The notes beneath the pieces were generated by a model. The model made no database searches and was not told where the DNA came from. It saw nothing but the letters and a program-made list of their open reading frames with translations. 64,000 nt of DNA. It comes from a virus. Position numbers and translations under genes: made by a program. The stretch lies in the IMG/VR virus record IMGVR_UViG_3300048839_001082, positions 1 through 64,000 of that record. One strand, 5' to 3'. Of this stretch, positions 53,325 through 62,568 are shown piece by piece (the first letter of the stretch is position 1; each line of letters starts with the position of its first letter).

Positions 53325-56042
53325 ATGAGCAGTATTCAAACACCTTGGAGCTCAGTCGGCTACCTAACTTATAAAAGAACGTATGCCAGAGAAATCACTC
53401 CAGGGGTTACCGAAGAATTTCCACAAACAATTGAACGTGTTTTAGATGCTTGTCAAACTCAGTTGCATTGTGGATTTATCGGGGAAGAGTTAGATCGTCT
53501 TAGAGAATACTTTCTTAAGCTTAAAGCGTCAGTTGCTGGAAGATTTCTTTGGCAATTGGGCACTCAGACCGTAGATCGTTTTGGTCTTGCCAGTCTTCAA
53601 AATTGTGCATTTACTGTTGTAGATAGTCCGGTAAGACCTTTCTGTTGGGCTATGGATATGTTGGCATTAGGCTCTGGAGTAGGCTACAATATCCAACATC
53701 GACATATAGATAAATTGCCCACAGTTAAGGAGTGGTTTAGAGCACCTACCAGAATGGACAATGGTGGAGCTGACTTTATTATTCCAGATTCAAGAGAGGG
53801 ATGGGTTAAATTTCTTGGCAAAACACTCAAAGCTGCGTTCCTCAGCGAGACGCCGGAAAAGGGCACTTTCACATATTCAACACAAGTTATCCGAGGGAAG
53901 GGCTCGCCGATTAAAGGATTTGGCGGAGTTGCTTCAGGCCCCGAAGATCTCTGTTGGGGGATTGGAAAAATATCTGAAATATTATCGAAGCGTCACGGGA
54001 AGAAAATTAGGCCAATCGATGCATTGGACATAATGAATATTATAGGTTATATTATTGTGGCCGGTAATGTTCGTCGAAGTGCTCAAATTGCCATCGGCGA
54101 TCCTGATGACGTTGAATTCCTTTTGGCTAAGCGTTGGGATATGGGCAATATTCCTTCTTGGCGTGCCATGTCAAATAACAGTGTAGCTGTTGATGACATT
54201 GAAGACCTTCACGATTATTTCTGGGAAGGATATGAAGGCAAAGGGGAAGCATATGGTCTTATTAACTTAAGACTTGCTCGCAAAGTTGGACGTTTGGGTG
54301 AAACACAATATCCAGATCCCGGTGTTGAAGGAATGAATCCGTTAATCGCTAGCGGCATACATTAGAAATTCTGTATGAAAATTTATCTAAAAACGGTGGA
54401 TCTCCCGATGGGACAATACCGTGCCAATCCGTTATGGAAGGTGTAACGACTATGAGTAAAGATCTGAACAAACGTTTGTATGCTTATGCGATGTTTGATG
54501 GCCACCTAATGTTTACTGGTAGTTCTTTAAACGCGTGTTTAGTAGTCAATATGCTTGAAAAACATAATGATTACATAGACAAAGTTATACAAACTCTGGA
54601 AGAACTTCCTGTAGGCTATAAAAGAAGTTTACCGGAAATTTATACAAAAGACGGTTATGAGCGACAGCAGCAAATAAGACTGCAATCACGCAACCATCCG
54701 ATATTTACGAAAATTCACAGTAGAATATATATTGACAAGCAAAAGACAATAGATCCACATATGTTAACAATGATGGATGAAGAACTGTTGGCAATAGCCT
54801 TCATGGCTGATGGTAGCAGAGATATAGATAAGCGCTGGGCAAACGCCAAGCCTTGTTATAGACTTCATTTTAACAATTTAACGTACGGTGATTTGATGTT
54901 GTTTAAGAAAAGCTTGAAAGATGTATTCAATTTGGAAATAAATACTAGGAAAAAAGGATCTAGATACGATCTTGCAATTCCTACCTTTCATTCCGAATTT
55001 TTCGAAGAAATTGTCGGGCCTTTTATTCTTCCATCGTTTCAGTACAAACTTGGACGATGAACCCCCGAAAGGGGTGGTGATATAGTCTGTTCTATACGGT
55101 AACGTATAGAGATTGACAGAAATGATCAATCAACGTTGTAAAACGTTTAACAACAAAGGTGCTGAGCAATCTTTGTACCCGTATGAGACTTGCTGTTTAG
55201 CGGAAGTATTCCTACCAAACGTCGACAGTAAAGAAGAATTCTTCGATATTCTTGAATTGCTTTATCGAATTAATAAACATAGCCTTTTGTTACCATCTCA
55301 CCATCCTGAAACAGAAAAAGTTGTTCATCAAAACATGAGGATGGGTATTGGTTTGACTGGACTTCTTCAAGTCTCTGATGAAAAGAACGGATGGTTGAGT
55401 GAAGGTTATGAGTATCTCAGAGAATTTGATGTTGCATATTCTGAAGAAAATGATATTCCCATTTCTATTAAACTAACAACGGTCAAGCCAAGTGGAACTT
55501 TATCACTACTTCCAGGTGTTACTCCAGGGATTCACCCTGGTTATGCTCAGTATATGTTTCGTAGGATTCGTATCGGCGCTAGCAATCCGCTCGTGGAAAC
55601 TTGCAGGAGTCATGGTTATCCTGTGGAGTATGTTCGTAATTTTGACGGAACTGAAGACTACAATACAGTGGTTGTGACATTTCCTTTCAGTTATCCTAAA
55701 GGGACAATTCTCGCGTCAGACATGACCGCCATTGATCAACTAAAGGAGATACAAAGGTTACAAAATGACTGGTCGGATAACTCTGTATCGTGTACTATCT
55801 ACTATCGCAAAGAAGAGTTACCGAGCATTCGAGATTTTCTTAAGAAGCACTACAGAAACGGATTCAAGAGTCTCTCCTTCCTTCTCCACAAAGACCATGG
55901 ATTCGATCAAGCTCCCTATGAAGAAATTACAGAGACCGAATTCAGACTACTCTCCAACCGAACTACAATTATTGGAAACCTTGAAAATGCCGAATTCGAA
56001 TCAAGCGACGAATGTGCCACTGGAGCCTGCCCCATTAAATAA
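53325..56042 (+). CDS. nrdJ: class II (B12-dependent) ribonucleotide reductase, intron-split: join(53325..54342,55159..56042)
   Basis: GRFLW, NCAF, GNVRRSA, NP-C-AEQ restored by splicing, TTVKPSGT, C-terminal CATGACPIK. Confidence 0.9.
54343..55158 (+). mobile_element. group I intron in nrdJ (816 nt)
   Basis: P1 CCGT/GCGG with U-G; AACGACT and GATATAGTCT P7 elements; terminal G; splicing recreates the TGT codon of the catalytic Cys. Confidence 0.9.
54452..55060 (+). CDS. intron-encoded LAGLIDADG homing endonuclease
   Basis: Two motifs LYAYAMFDG and LAIAFMADG; typical YKL terminus; lies between the P7 strands. Confidence 0.85.
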   Translation: MSKDLNKRLYAYAMFDGHLMFTGSSLNACLVVNMLEKHNDYIDKVIQTLEELPVGYKRSLPEIYTKDGYERQQQIRLQSRNHPIFTKIHSRIYIDKQKTIDPHMLTMMDEELLAIAFMADGSRDIDKRWANAKPCYRLHFNNLTYGDLMLFKKSLKDVFNLEINTRKKGSRYDLAIPTFHSEFFEEIVGPFILPSFQYKLGR

Positions 56043-56268
56043 AATCAAGGGTGAAATCATTCTTAATGATGGTCGATTCGTGACTATTTATAATGTTACC
56101 GTGAATCATGTTAGACTATCGTATTCTAACAATTCAAGTGACCTTGATAATGCTATTCGATTGGTTAATGCAGCCACACTGATTGATGGGAAACCATTCG
56201 CATTAAATGAAATAGCTAGTCTGAAAATGTCAGAATTCGATAAAATTATCAAAGCACTTTTTAAGTGA
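56014..56268 (+). CDS. hypothetical protein (start uncertain)
   Basis: 3' part of the 55765 ORF that extends beyond nrdJ; followed by a hairpin. Confidence 0.45.
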   Translation: MPLEPAPLNKIKGEIILNDGRFVTIYNVTVNHVRLSYSNNSSDLDNAIRLVNAATLIDGKPFALNEIASLKMSEFDKIIKALFK

Positions 56269-56272
56269 TTCT

Positions 56273-56288
56273 GGGGACTTCGGTCCCC
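56273..56288 (+). terminator. UUCG hairpin
   Basis: GGGGAC-TTCG-GTCCCC. Confidence 0.55.
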
Positions 56289-56305
56289 ATTTAATTGGAG
56301 ATAAC

Positions 56306-56515
56306 ATGGTTAGACCCGCAAAAGGTTGGCTATCTTCAGATGGTTTATTTTTTGAAGATAAAGAAGCAGCCGAAAAGCACGAATTGCGTCAAACAATTAT
56401 TGATGTGCTCGAATCTGTCTATGGGGATGAACATATGTCGATTGGCAAGTTCGTAGATCATCTTCTTAAAAGCCCAAAACTATATATTTCACGTATTGAT
56501 CCACTGGCACTATAA
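56306..56515 (+). CDS. hypothetical protein (SDG..F.DK..A.KHE motif)
   Basis: GGAG RBS. Confidence 0.65.
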   Translation: MVRPAKGWLSSDGLFFEDKEAAEKHELRQTIIDVLESVYGDEHMSIGKFVDHLLKSPKLYISRIDPLAL

Positions 56516-56877
56516 TGTCAATTACATTTTCAGTTGGTACGCCAATTTTGGCAAAACTTACTAATGAATATTATGATTTCAATTCATTGGAAGATGCCGT
56601 GTTCAACACTAAAGAGCATCTTGTAGAGTTAACTCCAAATCTTAATATGGCAAATGGCAACGCATTTGAATTCATGCGAATGTTGGCGTTGCCTCAAGAA
56701 TATTCAGGGATCATCCAACCAGGCGATATATATGCATTTCATAGCATGGTAGTCACATTGCACCGAAAGGCAAGATATTCAAGAACAGTGGAAGAACGCA
56801 TTTTGAGATATTATCTAGAAATGGAGCGTATTTCAGCCTATGCATTAGCGACCGAAGATTCAATTATTTGGGGATAA
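56515..56877 (+). CDS. hypothetical protein
   Basis: Coupled ORF. Confidence 0.65.
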   Translation: MSITFSVGTPILAKLTNEYYDFNSLEDAVFNTKEHLVELTPNLNMANGNAFEFMRMLALPQEYSGIIQPGDIYAFHSMVVTLHRKARYSRTVEERILRYYLEMERISAYALATEDSIIWG

Positions 56878-56878
56878 T

Positions 56879-57160
56879 ATGTTTATAGACCTTGATGATC
56901 AAAAGCGAGAAAAATGTTTTCAAGAATTAGTTCATTGGATTAATACTAATTCATTAGAAAACGGAAGTAACACCCCCGATTTTATTTTAGCTGATTTTTT
57001 GCTGGAATCTTTAATCCTTTTTGAAAAAATAAACCAAGACAAAAAAGAATGGGGACAGGTTCCTGATCCCGGTGAAATGGACGGCGATGCTCAAAGCGCT
57101 TTATCGTCCGCGGGAATGGGGACTGATGAAGATTACGGGGGCACTGATGAGCGTATCTGA
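56879..57160 (+). CDS. hypothetical protein (ENGSNTPDFILA motif)
   Basis: Packed ORF with a recurrent phage motif. Confidence 0.65.
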   Translation: MFIDLDDQKREKCFQELVHWINTNSLENGSNTPDFILADFLLESLILFEKINQDKKEWGQVPDPGEMDGDAQSALSSAGMGTDEDYGGTDERI

Positions 57161-57335
57161 AGGACTCTCTTCACAATCTGATGTTACTGTATCTGATTGG
57201 AAACTTCGAATGGTCTATTTTGATGCAGACGGTTATCCTATGTTACATAAGGAACCCGATCCTGAAGATATACGTGAAGCATTCTTGAAAACTTTTAAGG
57301 TAGAAGAAAAAACCGAGGTGATAAAGAATGTTTAA
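57147..57335 (+). CDS. hypothetical protein
   Basis: Start ATG 57147 (MSVSEG); shares V.FD.DG.PM...PD with 58218..58427. Confidence 0.5.
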   Translation: MSVSEGLSSQSDVTVSDWKLRMVYFDADGYPMLHKEPDPEDIREAFLKTFKVEEKTEVIKNV

Positions 57336-58218
57336 GCCAATGCTCAGCCCTCGGGAAGACCCTCTTTCATATCCGGACTATTTTAGAAAGCTTCAATATC
57401 CTCTGTTAGCCTCACCGAAGCTGGACGGTATTCGTGCGATCATCAAAGATGGTATAGCCTTTTCAAGGACTTTTAAAGCGTTGCCCAGTGGTCAGGTTCA
57501 AGATCAATTCACGTTGATTAATCATTTTGATGGCGAAATTCTTGAAGGAAACCCTTCAGACACAGATGTGTATAATCGTACTCAAAGTCATGTAATGTCT
57601 TTTGACAAGCCGGGTGAGCTTTCATATCATGTATTTGACTGGTGTCATGAAGATTGGCTGCACAGACCTTTTTATGAAAGGTTGGAGATGGCACGCAAAA
57701 TGTTACCTTCAACGCCTTCTTATAAATTTGTGGATCATATTTCTATTGAAACTGAAAAAGAATTATTGGAGTATGAGGAATACGTTTTGAAGCAAGGCTA
57801 TGAGGGCATTATGATGCGTAGTCCGGTTGGATATTACAAGACCGGTAGAGGCACATTTAAGGAAGGTTTAATTTATAAGCTCAAGAGATTCGAAGATGTG
57901 GAGTGCCCGATTTGGGACTTTATTGAGAAACAGATTAACACCAGTCCCAAGGAACGTGATGAGTTGGGTTATGTGAAAAGGGTTGATAAAAAAGACTTTA
58001 AGGAAGGCGCGGGGATGGTCGGTGCCTTCGTAGTTTCATTTGAAGAACAGAAGCTCATTGTGGCACCGGGCGCGTTCAGTCATGACGAATTAATCACCAT
58101 GTGGGAAAATCAAGAACTTTATCGCGGTGCACCTTTGAAATTTCGATTTATGCGTCACGGCATGAAAGATAAACCGAGATTCCCGAGAGCTGTGGGACTC
58201 AGAACAAAAGGTACATAA
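57328..58218 (+). CDS. ATP-dependent DNA ligase
   Basis: SPKLDGIR, FDGEI, YHVFD, EGIMMR, KLKRF and PRFP motifs. Confidence 0.92.
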   Translation: MFKPMLSPREDPLSYPDYFRKLQYPLLASPKLDGIRAIIKDGIAFSRTFKALPSGQVQDQFTLINHFDGEILEGNPSDTDVYNRTQSHVMSFDKPGELSYHVFDWCHEDWLHRPFYERLEMARKMLPSTPSYKFVDHISIETEKELLEYEEYVLKQGYEGIMMRSPVGYYKTGRGTFKEGLIYKLKRFEDVECPIWDFIEKQINTSPKERDELGYVKRVDKKDFKEGAGMVGAFVVSFEEQKLIVAPGAFSHDELITMWENQELYRGAPLKFRFMRHGMKDKPRFPRAVGLRTKGT

Positions 58219-58427
58219 TGAAATCAAGACTTTGTATTGTGCATTTTGATGAGGACGGTGAGCCGATGTCATACGAAGCACCTGATGAGCCTGTAGTTTT
58301 TCGTTGGAAGAGAGATTACTGGTCTGATTGGAATCCCTTGCCTTATGAGAAGCAACTTCATGCTAGTATTAAAGAGCACGGCTATCCTATTGAATATGCA
58401 TACAGTGAAAAGGTAAAACAACGATGA
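58218..58427 (+). CDS. hypothetical protein
   Basis: TAATG coupling. Confidence 0.6.
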   Translation: MKSRLCIVHFDEDGEPMSYEAPDEPVVFRWKRDYWSDWNPLPYEKQLHASIKEHGYPIEYAYSEKVKQR

Positions 58428-58765
58428 AAGCGGTTCTGTATTTTGGTAACAATCCATTTGTACTCGTGGACATTACTAAGAACGCAAAAGGCGAAATCAC
58501 AAGCGGATGGGTGGTAAACGGTGAATGGATGCTTGAAATGGATGATCAACGTATTTATGTAAAGAAAGGCAATAATATCGTTGATACGTATTTTAAAGAA
58601 CCATTTCTTTACATTGAGGTTCCCGAAGAAATGCGCTGTAATTCCACTACCTATAACAAAGTCATTGATTGGGCAAATAAAGAACTCTTAAAATACCGCA
58701 AAGCGCAAGATGAGCAAAAATCTTCTTCACAAGAAAAGATTAATGGAGTTCGCCACTTGGTGTAG
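58424..58765 (+). CDS. hypothetical protein
   Basis: ATGA overlap; AAGG RBS. Confidence 0.6.
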   Translation: MKAVLYFGNNPFVLVDITKNAKGEITSGWVVNGEWMLEMDDQRIYVKKGNNIVDTYFKEPFLYIEVPEEMRCNSTTYNKVIDWANKELLKYRKAQDEQKSSSQEKINGVRHLV

Positions 58766-58952
58766 AAAAGAAGGGTTTGTGGTATCTGATGCACAAATTG
58801 ATTATATTGTCCTACGAGTGCAAAACCCCAGCAAGCCCACAAATCCTATGATGGGTGTGTGGTATCGAGAGCATATGCCCGAACATCTAACAGTCGATTA
58901 TAGATTAATACCCATAGTTCGAAGATTTATTAAGGAAACTAAAGATGCCTAG
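58710..58952 (+). CDS. hypothetical protein
   Basis: Packed ORF. Confidence 0.55.
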   Translation: MSKNLLHKKRLMEFATWCRKEGFVVSDAQIDYIVLRVQNPSKPTNPMMGVWYREHMPEHLTVDYRLIPIVRRFIKETKDA

Positions 58953-59277
58953 CCTAGGTGTGGGTGATGTATTCTTGCTTAAAGAAGGCCAGAAAGTATT
59001 CTTCACTGGTTATAGAAAACAAGGTTTGGATGTTACACTGGAAAGAACCGAACGTTATGTTGTGTATAAAACAACGCATGACGGAGGCGGCACGGGACAT
59101 GGTATGCACGATATTTATCCAGATGGACATCATGTTTGGTGTGAACAATTGGACGTGATCAAACCTTTGCGAGTAAATTTTTATCAATCGGGCTGTTTCA
59201 GAAATATGTATCCTGATTTGGAGATTATTGGAACAGCCAAAAAGATGTGGGTATTCACCCCTAAGAAAGGAACTTAA
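58945..59277 (+). CDS. hypothetical protein (GGGTGHG..D.YPDG motif)
   Basis: AAGGA RBS; recurrent phage motif. Confidence 0.65.
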   Translation: MPSLGVGDVFLLKEGQKVFFTGYRKQGLDVTLERTERYVVYKTTHDGGGTGHGMHDIYPDGHHVWCEQLDVIKPLRVNFYQSGCFRNMYPDLEIIGTAKKMWVFTPKKGT

Positions 59278-60420
59278 ATGACCGGAATGAAGAGCTCCAC
59301 GATCAAGTCAGTCTTGAGGGATCAACTCAACTCTTGGATCTCCACAATCAATGAACCTGAGGTTAGAGAGCTCACGGAAAAGAATGCGTTCGTGACAGGC
59401 GGCGCAATCTCATCGATGTTGCTCGGTGAAATGCCTAATGATTTTGATATTTATTTCAAGACTAAGGAGGCCGCACTCGCGATCGCGACGTATTATGTTC
59501 AAGATTTTAATCGACGTGTCAATAATCAATATAAAACAGACTTGAAGTTATACAAGCAACATGAAGATTATGTAAAACAGCTCGCCGGTTATTATGAAAG
59601 TGAAGGGAAAGAATTCGTAGATACCAGCAAATGGCCGCCCAAGCCGGTGAAACCGATGCATGAAACATTGGTGAAATTGGAAGATCGCGTGAATTGTAAA
59701 GGAGTGATCGAGAATCGAATCATTGTATATGCGAAGAGTGCCGGAGTAGTTTCCGAAACTCAGAGTGAATACAAGTATTTCGAACAACACGGAGAGTTTG
59801 AAGCGGACGATTTTATGCGATCGTTGAAGGCCGATGAAGGTGTTCAATCTGAGATTGAGTATCAACAGTTTAGAGAAGATCCAATCGGTTATACAGCCAC
59901 GCTCGCAAATGAAGTCAAAAGACCGCCGGGTAAACCTCCTGGAGAAATTGTCGGAAAATTTAGACCTGTCTTTCTCTCAGAGAATGCCATCACATTGTCT
60001 CACAAGATGCAATTGGTGGTGAGGTTCTTCGGCACACCTGGAGAAATTCATGAAAATTATGATTTTGCTCATTGCATGTGTTGGTATGATCTTGAAAAAG
60101 ATCATTTGGAACTTCCTTCAGAAGCTATGCAGTGTGTACTGTCTAAGACACTAATCTATAAAGGCTCACTGTATCCGATCGCATCTATCTTCAGAATTCG
60201 CAAGTTTATTGAAAGAGGATGGAGGATCACCGCCGGACAACTTCTCAAAATCATCTGGCAAATTTCGAGTCTTGATTTGAAAGATTCTAGGATCTTGCGA
60301 GAGCAGCTTATCGGCGTGGACCAAGCTTATATGAAGCAATTGCTCCTGGCGTTGGAAAAGAAAGACGTCAAGATCGACGCCATTTATATTGTCAAGCTCA
60401 TTGATGAGATTTTCGAATGA
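59278..60420 (+). CDS. putative nucleotidyltransferase (Pol-beta superfamily)
   Basis: GGAISS....NDFDIYF signature; later YDF.HC and RIRKF..RGW. Confidence 0.7.
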   Translation: MTGMKSSTIKSVLRDQLNSWISTINEPEVRELTEKNAFVTGGAISSMLLGEMPNDFDIYFKTKEAALAIATYYVQDFNRRVNNQYKTDLKLYKQHEDYVKQLAGYYESEGKEFVDTSKWPPKPVKPMHETLVKLEDRVNCKGVIENRIIVYAKSAGVVSETQSEYKYFEQHGEFEADDFMRSLKADEGVQSEIEYQQFREDPIGYTATLANEVKRPPGKPPGEIVGKFRPVFLSENAITLSHKMQLVVRFFGTPGEIHENYDFAHCMCWYDLEKDHLELPSEAMQCVLSKTLIYKGSLYPIASIFRIRKFIERGWRITAGQLLKIIWQISSLDLKDSRILREQLIGVDQAYMKQLLLALEKKDVKIDAIYIVKLIDEIFE

Positions 60421-60758
60421 GAAAAATCTTTGTGTTTGGGAGTAATCTCGCGGGCAGACACGGCGCAGGGGCGGCTCTATTCGCGAGAAACAACTATGGT
60501 GCAATTTACGGTCAAGGAAAAGGACTTCAAGGAAATAGTTATGCCATTCCCACGAAGAATGGTGACTTGAGTGTTAGAACGTTGGATGAAATTTTTAAAG
60601 ACGTGATGGAGTTTCTCAATTTCGCGGAAGACCACCCTGAGATGACATTTGATGTCACTCCGATCGGTTGCGGATTGGCTGGTTATCAACCGGAACAAAT
60701 CAAACCTTTCTTTGTGGATGTTCCTAAGAATGTGAACTTACCGGATGTGTTTAAATGA
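60417..60758 (+). CDS. A1S_2505-like phage protein (macrodomain-related)
   Basis: IFVFGSNLAGRHGAGAA, G.QGNSYAIPT and VTPIGCGLAG motifs. Confidence 0.75.
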   Translation: MRKIFVFGSNLAGRHGAGAALFARNNYGAIYGQGKGLQGNSYAIPTKNGDLSVRTLDEIFKDVMEFLNFAEDHPEMTFDVTPIGCGLAGYQPEQIKPFFVDVPKNVNLPDVFK

Positions 60759-60979
60759 CATTCTATGATATTAAATCCTTTTTGACATTTCGATGGCATC
60801 ATTTTATTAAACCCAGAAGTCTTGAAGATATTATTAAGGAGGAACTCTATGATGCACAACGAAATCTGCTTTTAGATGAAAGAAACTTAGAATATTCACA
60901 ACAAATGGTAAAGTTTAGAAAATTTCAGATCGCACGCTTGGCCAAAAGATTGGAAACACTAAATGACAGAATTTTCTGA
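60755..60979 (+). CDS. hypothetical protein
   Basis: ATGA overlap. Confidence 0.6.
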   Translation: MTFYDIKSFLTFRWHHFIKPRSLEDIIKEELYDAQRNLLLDERNLEYSQQMVKFRKFQIARLAKRLETLNDRIF

Positions 60980-61223
60980 GTTTCGAACACCGAAAGAGAT
61001 GTCTAATGAGGAATTCTTTGAGTACATTTTTAACTATTCTAAAGCAGGGCCATTCGTATAGGTAATCGCTGTTCAGGCAATAATGTCTTTCTTAGAAAAT
61101 GAGGTATCACAACCTCGACCTGAGAAAGATTTGGGTTGGTCAATTATCAATAGACAAGCTTGGTACGATGCTTGTGTAATCCTCTATAAAGAGTTTCAGG
61201 AAAAATATGGCAAAGAATCTTGA
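60963..61223 (+). pseudogene. 86-codon ORF interrupted by one in-frame TAG at 61059..61061
   Basis: MTEFSEF...KAGPFV*VIAVQAIM...YGKES reads continuously and overlaps both neighbouring genes. Confidence 0.55.
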
Positions 61224-61452
61224 TGATTTTGTGAAAGCTTTGAGCGTACTTCAGAGCATACCTTTTGAAAAAGCATTGGGGCTAATGGTTGAAAATTTTA
61301 AAGTGTACGGCAATTGGAATCAAAACGCCTACACACTGGGCTTGCACAATGGGCTCGAAGTCGCTCTCGCATTGTTCCAAAAAAGAGATCCCGCTTTGAA
61401 GCAAATTCCAGAAGAGGGGTATATTGACGATTTCATGGATAAGGATGATTGA
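61207..61452 (+). CDS. hypothetical protein
   Basis: AGGA RBS; GNWN...Y..G..NGLE motif. Confidence 0.65.
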   Translation: MAKNLDDFVKALSVLQSIPFEKALGLMVENFKVYGNWNQNAYTLGLHNGLEVALALFQKRDPALKQIPEEGYIDDFMDKDD

Positions 61453-62285
61453 TGAGCAAACCCATAGTCATTTATCACGCCAATTGTGCGGACGGCTTCT
61501 CGGCTGCCTGGGTCTTCTGGCATAAATACAAAGATGCCCTGGAGTACTTCCCCGGTATTTACGGTAAACCACCCCCGAACGTTCAAAATCGTATTGTATA
61601 CATAGTAGACTTTAGCTATACTCTTGATGTGATGATCGAGATTATTAAAGATGCGATTCAAGTGACCTTACTTGATCATCATCAAACTGCTATGCAAGCG
61701 TTAGATGGCCTTCACGCAAATAATTATTTTCCACATTTTGATATTAATCGAAGCGGTGCTTCAATTGCTTGGGACTTTGTATTCCCTCATGAGAAACGAC
61801 CTTTGTTGTTGAATCACGTGGAAGATAGAGATTTGTGGCGATTTAAACTAGATGGCACACGTGAGTATTCAGCGGCATTGTTCAGTCACAAGTATGATTT
61901 CGAAACTTGGGAAAAATTGATGGCGATGGATGAGATCGCCATGGTTGATTTCAGAATCGCCGGAATGCATATTGAAAGAAAGCATTTCAAAGATATTGAA
62001 GAATTGTTGAAGGTCGGTACTCGTGAGATTGTCATTGATAAGATCCTGGTGCCTTGCTGTAATCTGCCTTGTACAATGTGCAGCGATGGTGGCGATATCC
62101 TTTCAAAATCAGCACCATTTGCGGCCACATATTACGACACGGCCACATATCGAGTCTTCAGCCTTCGTTCTCAAAAGGAAGGTGGAATGGACGTGGCGAG
62201 AATTGCCGAGAAATATGGAGGAGGTGGGCACAAGAATGCCGCCGGTTTTCGGGTGAAGAGAGATACTTTTCTAGCACAAATTTAA
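61452..62285 (+). CDS. DHH/DHHA1 family phosphoesterase
   Basis: YHANCADG, IVDFS, LDHH, DRDLW, SLRS and GGGH..AAGF motifs. Confidence 0.9.
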   Translation: MSKPIVIYHANCADGFSAAWVFWHKYKDALEYFPGIYGKPPPNVQNRIVYIVDFSYTLDVMIEIIKDAIQVTLLDHHQTAMQALDGLHANNYFPHFDINRSGASIAWDFVFPHEKRPLLLNHVEDRDLWRFKLDGTREYSAALFSHKYDFETWEKLMAMDEIAMVDFRIAGMHIERKHFKDIEELLKVGTREIVIDKILVPCCNLPCTMCSDGGDILSKSAPFAATYYDTATYRVFSLRSQKEGGMDVARIAEKYGGGGHKNAAGFRVKRDTFLAQI

Positions 62286-62433
62286 CTCTAAAAATAAGTG
62301 CGTTAAAAACTGCGATCCTGACACGCGTTTCGCCGCCCTTCCCTCCCCCATGACTTTCGAAAACGGTGGCGACTCGGGTCAGTTCTGGCCCACGGTGTGG
62401 CATCCTCGATGTGTAGGTATTGCACCGAGATTT

Positions 62434-62450
62434 CCTGTTGGCTTAACCCT
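62434..62450 (+). promoter_or_regulatory. candidate phage promoter (CCTGTT-GGCT-TAACCC)
   Basis: Same spacing as the 7890, 32550 and 43048 motif; upstream of a gene with high-expression codon usage. Confidence 0.5.
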
Positions 62451-62568
62451 ATGGGCAATCCTGGATGATCATTAATAAGTATTAAGGTTCTGGATTAGAA
62501 ACATACTCTCTTCGGAGAGCCGTTATCTGGTCGCGGTTCGGCCAGAATTTTTATTAGGAAACTTTCTC

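Noticed and set aside
55765-56013. 5' part of the 167-aa ORF overlapping nrdJ
   Set aside because: It overlaps the conserved nrdJ C-terminus in another frame; only the 3' portion is likely real
53313-56042. Two separate reductase genes (53313..54365 and 55113..56042)
   Set aside because: The apparent C-terminus LIASGIH and N-terminus MTEMINQ... are intron sequence; splicing restores NPCAEQ
60963-61223. Genome-wide TAG recoding
   Set aside because: TAG acts as a true stop elsewhere (RNAP ending YAFS at 42351, tail fibre at 31125, 43020), and no suppressor tRNA is seen in the window
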